From Terriglobia bacterium (lineage in GTDB: Bacteria; Acidobacteriota; Polarisedimenticolia; Polarisedimenticolales; JAIQFR01), in NCBI GenBank assembly GCA_963748015.1, contig CAVVHE010000004.1, positions 2,080,001-2,144,000 on the forward strand: 64,000 nt of DNA, in the 5' to 3' direction. The notes under the pieces are model-generated. The model did not search any database, had not been told where the DNA came from, and saw nothing but the letters and a program-made list of their open reading frames with translations. Position 1 is the stretch's first letter; every line of letters begins with the position of its first letter. Of this stretch, positions 1 through 16,683 are shown one piece after another. The translations under genes were made by a program, and so were the position numbers.

Positions 1-748
1 AGAGCACCAGCGGCGTCGCCAGCGCCGGCGAGGAGCAGGTAGGCCCGCTCGTAGCGGTGCCAGTGCCGGTGCGAGCCGCGCCAGCCGAGCGCGAGCGATG
101 CCGTAGACGATCTGCCGCGACCGTGGTCGTGGCGCGGTCGCGCAGCGTCGCCAGGTCCGGGATCATGCCCAGGTACCAGAACAGCAGCGAGACCGTGACG
201 TAGGTGCTGACCGCGAACACGTCCCAGAGCAGCGGGCTGCGGAAGTTCGGCCACATGCTCATCTGGTTCGGGATCGGGAACAGCCAGTAGGCGAACCAGA
301 CGCGGCCCGACGTGGATCGCCGGGAAGATGCCGGCGCAGATGACGGCGAAGATCGTCATCGCCTCGGCGAAGCGGTTGATGCTCGTGCGCCACTTCTGGC
401 GGAAGAGGAAGAGGATCGCCGAGATCAGCGTGCCGGCGTGGCCGATGCCGACCCAGAACACGAAGTTGGTGATGTCGAAGCGCCCAGCCGACCGGGCTGT
501 TGATGCCCCAGACGCCGACGCCGGTGGAGACCAGGTAGACGATCATCGCGACCGAGCAGCGCCGGTGCAGCGCCGACGCGACGCCGAACGCGACGTACCA
601 GGCGCGCGGCGGGCTCGGCCGCTCGACGATCGCGCAGACCGTCTCGGTGACCGACGCGAAGTCGTTGTCGCCGAGGACCAGCGGCGCGCGCCGGCGTCGG
701 GTCGTCGGACGGTGTTGTCGAGCGCGTCGTCGATGGCCGATCGGCCAT
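1..748 (-). CDS. actC: Alternative complex III subunit ActC (NrfD/PsrC-like quinol-binding membrane protein); frameshifted, runs off window start
   Basis: Fragments across frames read [59 protein letters not shown] and [18 protein letters not shown]; follows actB. Confidence 0.85.
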
Positions 749-750
749 GC

Positions 751-3822
<3,072 letters not shown>

Positions 3823-3835
<13 letters not shown>

Positions 3836-4494
3836 GTGCTGCAATCCGTCGAGGGGTTGATCCGCTGCGTTTCGCGGAGGCGCCGCCCGAGAGCCTCGGG
3901 ATCCTCGCCCGGCACCCAGTCCATCTTGGTCACGAGCGCCGCGGGCCGCAGGTGCGGCTCCGGGCTGCGGTGGCAGTCGAGGCACCAGCCCATGCTGAGC
4001 GGCTGCGACCTGGCGGACGACGTCCATCTTGTCGACGCGGCCGTGGCACTCGACGCAGCCGACGCCGCGCCGCACGTGGGCGCTGTGGTTGAAGTAGACG
4101 TAGTCGGGAAGGTCGTGGACCCGCACCCACGGCATCGGCATGCCGGTCGCCGCAGCTCTCGCCGGACGGGCAGGAGCTTCTCGCTCTGGGCGCGGATCTT
4201 CGCGTGGCAGTTCATGCAGGTCTGCGTCGGCGGCACGGCCGCATGCGCCGCGACCTCGACCGTGGTGTGGCAGTAGCGGCAGTCGATCCCGAGCTGGCCG
4301 GCGTGCAGCGCGTGGCTGTACGGGACCGGCTGCACGGGCGCGTAGCCGACCGCGATGGTCCTCGGCGAGAAGCCGTACCAGACCAGGAGAACCAGGTACG
4401 CGGGAAGGACGACAAGGAGAACCACCCCCAGGACGGGTCTCAGCCGGTCCACCCATTCGGGGAAAACGAAGCGCCCGGTGTTGTCGGTCGTCAT
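3823..4494 (-). CDS. actA: Alternative complex III pentaheme cytochrome c ActA; local frameshifts near 4010-4160
   Basis: N-terminal TM helix, [10 protein letters not shown], five CxxCH motifs (CRYCH, CMNCH, CVECH in an alternate frame, CLDCH, CSTCH); stop overlaps the actB start. Confidence 0.9.
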
Positions 4495-4684
4495 GGGGGG
4501 CCTCATGATAACGGCGGGTTTCCGAAACCCGCAAGGCCAAAGGCGCCTTTTGTGACAGGGCACTTGCCGCCCGGGCCTTGACCCCCGTCAACCTTGTCGC
4601 TCCTGCCTCCGGGTCGGCGCCGGGGCGGGCGCGAGGATAGACTGATCGGGCGGGCCATATCGCCCGCGCGGAGGATACGAGAAG

Positions 4685-5245
4685 ATGTCCAAGCGATTGG
4701 GGCGCGCCCTCCTCGGAACCCTGCTGCTCCTGGCGGCGGTCCTTCCCGCCGCGGCCCGGGTGGACGTGACGCTCGACGCGGCCTCCCTGAACGACCTCCT
4801 CGCGGTCATGGCGCCGAACGAGGTCCGGGTGCCCCTCACGGAGGGACGCAGCGTCACCCTGCAGCTCCACGACCTGAAGGTGACGGGCTTCGACCCGACC
4901 GAGGGGCAGAAGCAGGAGGGGTTCGTGCTCACCTCGGTTCGCCTCAAGGTCCCGGAGCTGTCCGTGGACATGCCGCTGACGCCGAGGCTCTCCCTCCAGG
5001 TCGCGGACAAGAACGGGAAGAAGGTCGCCTTCCTGCGCTTCGAGAAGGTCCTCGTCCCCCTCCCGTTCACCGGCTCCGTGGACGTGGCGCCGCTCGTCCC
5101 CGTCCTGCCGCTCCCCACCGATACCTCGTGGACCGTCGCCGCGGAGTCCGGCAACGTCCGGGTCCGCACGGTGCTGACCGAGGCGCGCATGGGCGCGAAG
5201 AACATCCGCCTCACCTTCGACCTCGACGCCGCGAAGGCGCCGTAG
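4685..5245 (+). CDS. Hypothetical exported protein
   Basis: Signal peptide [26 protein letters not shown]3-biased ORF in a gap between genes. Confidence 0.75.
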   Translation: MSKRLGRALLGTLLLLAAVLPAAARVDVTLDAASLNDLLAVMAPNEVRVPLTEGRSVTLQLHDLKVTGFDPTEGQKQEGFVLTSVRLKVPELSVDMPLTPRLSLQVADKNGKKVAFLRFEKVLVPLPFTGSVDVAPLVPVLPLPTDTSWTVAAESGNVRVRTVLTEARMGAKNIRLTFDLDAAKAP

Positions 5246-5305
5246 CCGCCCCTTTCGCCGCGGGGACGAAGCGGGTAGGCTGTCGGTGAAATCGCGGAGA
5301 AACGC

Positions 5306-6352
5306 ATGAAAGTCCTCATCCTCGGCGTCAACGGCTTCATCGGATCGCATCTCGTCGGGCGGATCCTGCGGACGACGGGTTGGGAGGTCTACGGGCTCGA
5401 CCTCGCCACCTACAAGATCCAGGAGTCCCTGTCCGACCCGAGGTTCCACTTCGTCGAGGGGGACGTGTCCATCTCGAAGGAGTGGATCGAGTACCACGTC
5501 AAGAAGTGCGACGTCGTGCTTCCCCTCGTCGCGATCGCGACCCCCGCGATCTACGTGAAGGACCCGCTCCGCGTCTTCGAGCTCGACTTCGAGGAGAATC
5601 TCAGGATCGTCCGCCAGTGCGTGAAGTACAAGAAGCGGGTGGTGTTCCCGTCCACGTCCGAGGTGTACGGGATGTGCCCCGATGACGAGTTCGACGAGGA
5701 GCAATCGAGCCTCGTCACCGGTCCGATCCCGATGCAGCGCTGGATCTACTCCACCTCGAAGCAGCTCATGGACCGCGTGATCTGGGCGTACGGCTTCCGG
5801 GACGGGCTCCGGTTCACGCTGTTCCGGCCGTTCAACTGGATCGGCCCGAAGCTCGACAGCCTCTACGCCGCGAAGGAGGGATCGTCGCGGGTGGTCACGC
5901 AGTTCATCTGGAACCTGATCCAGGGCGAGCCGCTCCACCTCGTGGACGGCGGCCACCAGCGGCGCTGCTTCATCTACGTGGACGACGCCATGGACGGCCT
6001 GATGAAGATCCTCGAGAACGAGGGGGGAAAGGCGGACGGCGGCATCTTCAACATCGGGAACCCGAAGCACGACTACAGCATGCGCGACGTGGCCGAGATG
6101 CTGCGCGACCTGTGGCGCGAGCACCCGCTGCGGAAGCTCCCGGTCCCGGACGTCGTCGAGACCTCGAGCGGCAAGTTCTACGGCAAGGGGTACCAGGACG
6201 TCTTCCACCGCACCCCCTCGATCCGGCGCATGCAGGAGGCTTTCGGCTTCGAGCCGAAGGTGGAGATGAGAGAAGGCCTCTCCCGTACCCTCGACTTCTT
6301 CCTCCGGGAATTCCAGGACATGGAGCAGCGCCCGGAAGGGGACCTGTCCTGA
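5306..6352 (+). CDS. NAD-dependent UDP-glucuronate oxidase/decarboxylase (standalone ArnA decarboxylase domain-like, SDR family)
   Basis: ILGVNGFIG Rossmann motif, [38 protein letters not shown] (YxxxK), FRPFNWIGP. Confidence 0.9.
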   Translation: MKVLILGVNGFIGSHLVGRILRTTGWEVYGLDLATYKIQESLSDPRFHFVEGDVSISKEWIEYHVKKCDVVLPLVAIATPAIYVKDPLRVFELDFEENLRIVRQCVKYKKRVVFPSTSEVYGMCPDDEFDEEQSSLVTGPIPMQRWIYSTSKQLMDRVIWAYGFRDGLRFTLFRPFNWIGPKLDSLYAAKEGSSRVVTQFIWNLIQGEPLHLVDGGHQRRCFIYVDDAMDGLMKILENEGGKADGGIFNIGNPKHDYSMRDVAEMLRDLWREHPLRKLPVPDVVETSSGKFYGKGYQDVFHRTPSIRRMQEAFGFEPKVEMREGLSRTLDFFLREFQDMEQRPEGDLS

Positions 6353-6407
6353 GCGAGCGGGCTCCGTGCGGGAGCCCGCGAGTCGAAGGACGGGGACTTT
6401 GACGACG

Positions 6408-10079
<3,672 letters not shown>

Positions 10080-10143
10080 CGGTCGCACCCGCAAGGACTC
10101 CCGGTCAGCGCGCGGTTTTCAGGGAGGACGGTCGCCGCGCTCC

Positions 10144-10743
10144 TCAGCGTGCCCCTGCGGGCCGGCTCGCCGGCGGCACGATCCCGTTCAAGCGGAGGTA
10201 CACGACGAGCTGGCCGTAGTGATCCGACGCGTGCCAGACCGCGAGCGTCGTGAGCCCCAAGCGCGTGGACTCGCCGCCGTACGGTCCGCCCGCCGCCTCG
10301 AGCGCGTTGGCCGGCGTCATCGTCCGGAGCACGCCCTGGGCGTAGGCGAACGACTCGCGCAGGTAGGTCAAGATCTCGGCCTTCGTCTTCGCCGGGCTCG
10401 GCCCGCCCGTATCGCACCGGGACGGCGGCTCCTTCTTCTCGATCTCGTCGAAGAAGGCGAAGTTGGCGCACGCCACGTGCTTGACCTGCTCTCCGAACGT
10501 CCGCGCGTCCTTGAACTCTCCGCTCGCCGGCTTGAATCCGTACTTGTCGGCGGGCATGGCGTCGGCCAGGCCGACGAACGATCGCTCGATCATCGTGAAC
10601 CGCTCGGCGACGGCAGCCGCCATGGGGTCGACACGCTCCTGCGCGGGCCCGCTTGCGGCGAGCGCCAGGCATGCCGCGGCCACGGGTATGGCCATGATTC
10701 GCCGGGGATTTCTCGTGCCTTGCCTGCAGAAATCGGCGTTCAT
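10144..10743 (-). CDS. DinB/YfiT-like family exported protein
   Basis: AMPADKYGFKP, RTFGEQVKHVA, HASDHYGQLVVYLRLNGIVPPAS; signal-like N-terminus. Confidence 0.85.
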   Translation of the reverse strand: MNADFCRQGTRNPRRIMAIPVAAACLALAASGPAQERVDPMAAAVAERFTMIERSFVGLADAMPADKYGFKPASGEFKDARTFGEQVKHVACANFAFFDEIEKKEPPSRCDTGGPSPAKTKAEILTYLRESFAYAQGVLRTMTPANALEAAGGPYGGESTRLGLTTLAVWHASDHYGQLVVYLRLNGIVPPASRPAGAR

Positions 10744-10966
10744 GTCCTTTACCTCTTCCCGGAGAATGTCACGACTCCCGGGCTCGACCTGCGGCCGACG
10801 AGATCGCAAGGCCGGATGGGCCTTTTCACCACTGACGGGAGAAGCTCGCCGTCCTCCCGCCTCGAGATCCTATTCTCCCACCGACGCAGCCGAATGCGAC
10901 TCGGCCCCCGGCGGCCTCGAGAGCGAGGAGGCGGCGCACGACGCCCGCACCGAGGAGCCCCCCCGC

Positions 10967-13900
10967 CTACGGACACGCCGTGCCGGACCGCTCCGCTCCC
11001 CCGCTCGACGAACCGTACGATCCGCGGCCGCAGGCGTTGCTCGCTCGAACCACGTAGTAGAACCCGGAGCCCGTCGCCGGACTCGCCGCATCGACGGCTG
11101 CCGTCGAGGAGGTTCCGGAGCCCAGGCATTGCTCCCCCGGCCCGCTGCCCACGGGAAGCCGGGCGAGATCCCCGCGCAACGGGTCGTACACCGTGCCGGG
11201 GCCGGCGACCGTCGCGAGCGAGCCCCAGGTCAGCGCCGTCTTGGCGGCGAAGAGGAGGTCGGCCGTCTCCGGCGGCGCCGCCCAGACCGACAAATCGGCC
11301 GGCGCGCAATCGCACGTGTCGCCGTGCCCGTCGAGGTCCGTGTCGGACTGGTCGGGGTTGTACCGGGAGGGACAGTTGTCGCATGCGTCGCCCAGTCCGT
11401 CCGGCGACGGGGAATCCGCGGCGGTTCCCGCCAGCTCGACGGCGTCGATCTCCTCCCATCCGTCGATGCTGGTGCGGATCCGTGCGCCGACGACGAGGTA
11501 TTCCGTGGCCGCGAAGGTGGTCGAAAACGGCGTCGCGCAGGAGGCGGTGTCGCTGCCGGACCAGATCGTGTGATAGGTCCCCGCGGTGTCGAGCAGCTCG
11601 ACCTGGTAGACGAAACCGAATATCCACGTCTCGTACACCGTGACTCCCGTCGCGTTGACCGGAATCGGGAAGCGCACGGCAAGCCACTCCGGATCGGGAC
11701 CGTCGTTCAGAGGCGCCCAGGCGCGGCCGTCATCGGCGCAGCCCGGGACGTCCGGAGCGCCCACGGCCGAGGACGCGCCGAAGTCCCAGGACGAGTACTC
11801 GCTGCTCGCCGTCGCGGACGAGGCCCACTGCCACGTCGGCCCGTTCACGCGGTCCCCGTCGGCCTGGTCGGCGTTCGCCACATCCGGGCAGTTGTCGGTC
11901 GGGCAGGTATTGACCGGGAAGCCCGTGTCGCCGGCGCCGTCGCCGTCGGTGTCCGTGCACGTATCGCAAGCGTTCCCGAGGCCGTCGCCGTCCGTGTCGG
12001 CCTGGCTCGCGTTCGCCACCGTGGGGCAGTTGTCGCAGGCATCCCCCGGACCGTCGCCATCCGTGTCGAGCTGGGTCGCGTTCACGGCCGTCGGGCAGTT
12101 GTCGCAGGCGTCCCCACGGCCGTCCCCGTCCGCGTCGGACTGGCTCGGATTCGCGAGCGCCGGACAATTGTCGCAAGCGTCGCCGCGGCCGTCGTGGTCC
12201 GCGTCCGGCTGGCCCGCGTTCGGGATGGCCGGACAGTTGTCGCAGGCGTCGCCGCGGCCGTCGTGGTCCGCGTCGGCCTGGCTCGGGTTGAGAACGAGCG
12301 TGCAGTTGTCGCAGAGGTCGCCGCGGCCGTCACCGTCCGCGTCCTCCTGGCCCGGATTCGTCACGGTGGGGCAGTTGTCGCACGCGTCGCCTAGGCTATC
12401 GCCATCCGAGTTCACCTGGGTCGGGTTCGCCGTCGTCCGGCAGTTGTCGCACGCGTCGCCGCGCCCGTCCCCGTCCGCGTCCGCCTGGCTCGCGTTCGCG
12501 GCCGCCGGGCAGTTGTCGCACGCGTCCCCGCGCCCGTCCCCGTCCGCGTCCGCCTGGCTCGGATTCGCGACGGTCGGACAGTTGTCGCAGGCGTCGCCCC
12601 GGACATCGCCGTCCGCGTCGGACTGGCTCGCGTTGGGGATCGAGACGCAGTTGTCGCACGCGTCCCCACGCCCGTCCCCGTCCGAGTCCGCCTGGCTCGC
12701 GTTCGCGACCGCCGGGCAGTTGTCGCACGCGTCCCCGCGCCCGTCCCCGTCCGTGTCCGCCTGGCCCGGGTTCGCGACCGCCGGGCAGTTGTCGCACGCG
12801 TCCCCGAGTCCGTCCGCGTCTCCGTCGGCCTGGCCCGGATTCGACACGGCGGGGCAATTGTCCGAGGGACACGTGTTTCGGGGAAACCCGGGATCGCCGA
12901 AGCCGTCGCGATCCACGTCGGTGCAGCCGTCGCAGCCGTCCCCCAGGCCGTCCCCGTCGGCGTCCGCCTGCGAGGGATTCGCGAGACCCTGGCAGTTGTC
13001 GCAGGCGTCGCCCGCGCCGTCGCCGTCCGAGTCGAACTGGCTCGCGTTCGCGACCGTCGGGCAGTTGTCGCAGGCGTCTCCGAGGCCGTCGCCGTCCGAG
13101 TCGAGCTGGTCGGCGTTCGCCTCGGCCGGGCAGTCGTCGCAAGCGTCGCCGATGCCGTCCCCGTCGGCATCGGCCTGGTCCGCGTTCGACACCCACGGGC
13201 AGTTGTCCGTGGGGCACGTGCCCGCGGGGAGTCCGGGATTCCCGAATCCGTCTCCGTCGGGGTCCGTGCAGGGATCGCAGGCGTCGCCGACACCGTCGTG
13301 ATCGGCGTCGAACTGATCGTTGTTGGGTGTTCCGGGACAGTTGTCCCAGGGCGCACAGACGTCGTCCCGGTCCGGGTCGCCCTCGCCGTTCGTCCCGCAG
13401 ATGCCGCAATAGCGGGCGCCGGTGTTGAACGAGTTGCTGATTCGGTTTCCGTAGGTGGCTCCGCCCCAGACGATCATCTCGCTGCCGGTCCAGACGGCGG
13501 TGTGAGCGCCGCGCGCGGACGGACGGTTCGTCCCTACCGACGTGTACCGCCAGGTATCGGTCACCGGATCGTACCGGCCGCCGCTGTAGGTAGGCATCCA
13601 GCCGTAGTAGTAATTGTCGATGGACCCGCCCCAGACGATCATCTCGCTCCCGGTCCAGACGGCAGAGAACGAGATGCGTGGCCAGAGCGAGTCGGCGCCC
13701 GTCGCGGCGCGTTGCCAGGTATCGGTCGAAGGGTCGTAGGAACCTCCGGTGTCGACCGCGGTATTGTCGTCGGCGAGCACACCGCCCCATACGATCATCC
13801 TGGCTCCGGTCCACACCGCGGCGGGCAGCCAGACGGCCGGCGGGGCGGACGCGACGGAGGTCGGGGTCCAGGCGTCCCCCGCGGGGTCGTAACGGCCCCC

Positions 13901-16496
13901 GGTGTTCAGGACGTTCGTACCGTCCCGCCCGGCCCAGACGATCATCTCGGAGCCGCTCCAGACCGCGGCGTGGCCCGCGCGCGGGGACGGGAGGCCTGCG
14001 CCGGTGGACGTGGGGGTCCAGGCGTCCTGCCATGGGTCGTAGCGCGCGCCGGTCGCGAGGTAACCCGTTGCACCCTGCCCTCCCCAGACGATCATCTCGA
14101 CGCCGGTCCAGACCGCGGAATGGGAAGTGCGACTCTCGGCGCTGCCGCTTCCGACGGACGTCGGAGTCCAGGCATCACGCGCTGGATCGTATCGCCCTCC
14201 GCTGTTCAAGAAGATCTCGCTGTTTCCCTCCCATTGGTTCCCGCCCCAAACGATCATCTCGACGCCGGTCCAAATCGCGGTTCGCGCCCAGCGCGGGTCC
14301 GGGACGCCTGCGCTCGTGGACGTCGGCGTCCAGGCGTCGGTCACGGGGTCGTAGCGTCCGCCGCTGTTGAACAGGATTCCGGACGGACCGTACGAGTACC
14401 CGCCCCACACGATCATCTCGGCGCCGGTCCAGACCGCGGCGTGATTTGCGCGCGCGGCGGGCGCCTCGACGCCGGCCGCCGTCGGCGTCCAGACGTCGCG
14501 CGCGGGGTCGTATCGCCCGCCGCTGTTGAAGCTGGTGCCGCGCCGAAAGTCTCCCTTGTTGGTACCGCCCCACACGATCATTTCGGTCCCCGTCCACACC
14601 GCCGTGTGCCAGTATCGGCTCTCGGGCTGGTCGAGCGTGGCCGTTGGCAGCCAAGCGTCCGCCGTGGGGGCATACCTCCCGCCCGTGCCCAGCGGCAGGT
14701 AGTCCGTGCCGTCCCAGTGAGCGCCCCCCAGACGATCATCTCCGTCCCGGTCCAGATCGCGGAGTGGACAACGCGGACGGAAGGGACGTTCGAACCGATG
14801 GACGTCGCGGTCCAAGAGTTCGTTGCCGGGTTGTAGCGCCCGCCCGTGTTGAGGTCGGTGCTCGAGCTTTGGGTGGGACCGTTGTTGCCGCCCCAGATGA
14901 TCATCTCGGTCCCCGTCCAGACCGCCGAGTGATCGGAACGAGCCAGCGGCACGCCTGACACGGTGGACGTCGGCGTCCACGTGTTCGTGGCCGGCGCGTA
15001 GCGTCCTCCGGTGGCGAGGTCCGCGGAGCCGTTCCAGCCTCCCCAGACGATCATCTCCGATCCGGTCCACACCGCGGTGTGGGCCGTGCGGGCCGCCGGC
15101 AGGTTGGATCCGGTGGACGTCGGCGACCAGGAGTCGGACCCGGGATTGTAGCGTCCGCCGGTGTCCAGCAAGTTGTATTGGTTGTCGCCACCCCAGACGA
15201 TCATCTCCGTGCCGGTCCAGACGACGGCGTGCCGGTATCGCACCTCGGGGACGCCGATGGTGGACGTGGGGCTCCACGTGTCGCTCGCCGGGTCGTACCG
15301 GCCTCCGGTATTCACCGGTTGCCAGGTGAGCCCCCCCAGACGATCATTCGGGTCCCCGTCCAAACCGCGCTGTGGGTGTAGCGCGCCTCCGGAACGCCGG
15401 CTCCCAACGAGGTGGGTGTCCAGGAGTCGGTGGCCGGCGTGTAGCGCGAGCCGGTCCTCACCTGCCAGTCGCCAGCGAACCCGCCCCAGACGATCATCTC
15501 GGATCCGGTCCAGACCGCGCTGTGCTCGTAGCGCGGATCGGGGACCGCAGGAGACATCGGCGCCCAGTCGTCCGACCGAACGCAGCCGCTACCGGAGATG
15601 GCCGGCAGCGTCATCGGCGCGTCCGCCTCGCTGCCCGCGCGTGCGGCGGGCGTCGCCGAGCGGCCGAGCAGTGTGCCTCGCGTCGCCGCCCACCAATCGT
15701 CGAACGTCCGCTTCGGCCACGAGCGCGTGGCCACCCGGACCCGGCCATCCAACAGCTCGAGGACCTCGACCGAGTAGAAGCGGTCGGCGTCCTCGCGGAG
15801 CGGGCTCCAGACGTTTAGCGGGACGTCCGACTCGGTGGCGTCGAAGGAAGCACGCAACGAGGCGACACGTGCACCGAACTCCTCGCCCGAGAGCTCGAGC
15901 GCCTCGCCGGTCCGGCGTGCGCCTTCGCCCTGCGTTCCGCTTCCGGCGACCCATGTCGTTTCGTGGTACTCGCCGGTCGCCGGCGCCGCGGTCGGCGGCG
16001 CGGCGCCGAGCGCCGCGTGCGCGTTCTCCTCGAGTGCACCGTGGAATCTCGAGTCGAACGCGTACCGGTTTCGGATCAGCCGGTCCACGAGCACCTGCCT
16101 CGCCAGGCACTCCCCGATCACCGCAGGATCGTCGCGCAAGGCGAGGAACAGTTCTCCGAGCACCTCCGGATTGCGGGTCTGCTTCGCCATCCGCTCTATC
16201 TCGGCCTGGAGCTCGAAGGACCGAATCGGACTGGCCCAGATCGCCTCGAGGGCCGCGGACTTCGCCAGGTAGTCCTCGACCTTCGCCCGGATGGCGCTGT
16301 CCGGCAGCACGGCGGCCAGCGCGGGCTTCGGCTGAGGGTTCTCCCGAGGCCACGTCCGGTGGGACCAGTAGACCTGCTCGATCGCTTTCTGCGCGGCGAC
16401 GCGCTCCTCGATCGTCAGCTCGCGGGCTCGAGCCACGGTGACCGCCGCCCGACAGACGCAAAACGCGAGGGCGAGACACACGAGCCCTTTCCGCAT
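10967..16496 (-). CDS. Giant secreted protein (about 1840 aa if repaired): N-terminal domain, 14 Kelch-like repeats, about 20 thrombospondin type-3 Ca-binding repeats, inserted jelly-roll domain and Cys-containing C-terminal domain; split by two 1-bp frameshifts in G-runs
   Basis: ORFs 15312-16496, 14578-15363 and 10967-15277 join into one repeat series (HSAVWTGxEMIVWGG...GGRYDP) when one G is added at 15331-15337 and at 14724-14729; signal peptide [13 protein letters not shown]. Confidence 0.85.
11310..13380 (-). repeat. About 20 thrombospondin type-3 (DNCPxxxNxxQxDxDxDGxGDAC) repeats, mostly 69-bp units
   Basis: Read directly in the translation. Confidence 0.9.
13410..15570 (-). repeat. 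14 Kelch-like repeats, W(T/S)GxxMI(V/I)W(G/A)G core
   Basis: Counted in the translation across the three frames. Confidence 0.85.
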
Positions 16497-16683
16497 GGAA
16501 GCCTCCGATCGCTCGCAGAAACCCTAAGTACGGTCCGGGGGCGCGGAAGTCAACTCGGAAGCCGCAAAGGCTCTCGGCTTGGATCGCGCCCCCCACCACC
16601 CTGCGGTCAGTACCGCTCGCAAGAAAACACGGTCGAGCACGCCGTGAGGTCGTTGGTGACCAACTTGGGGAGGACATATCGCG

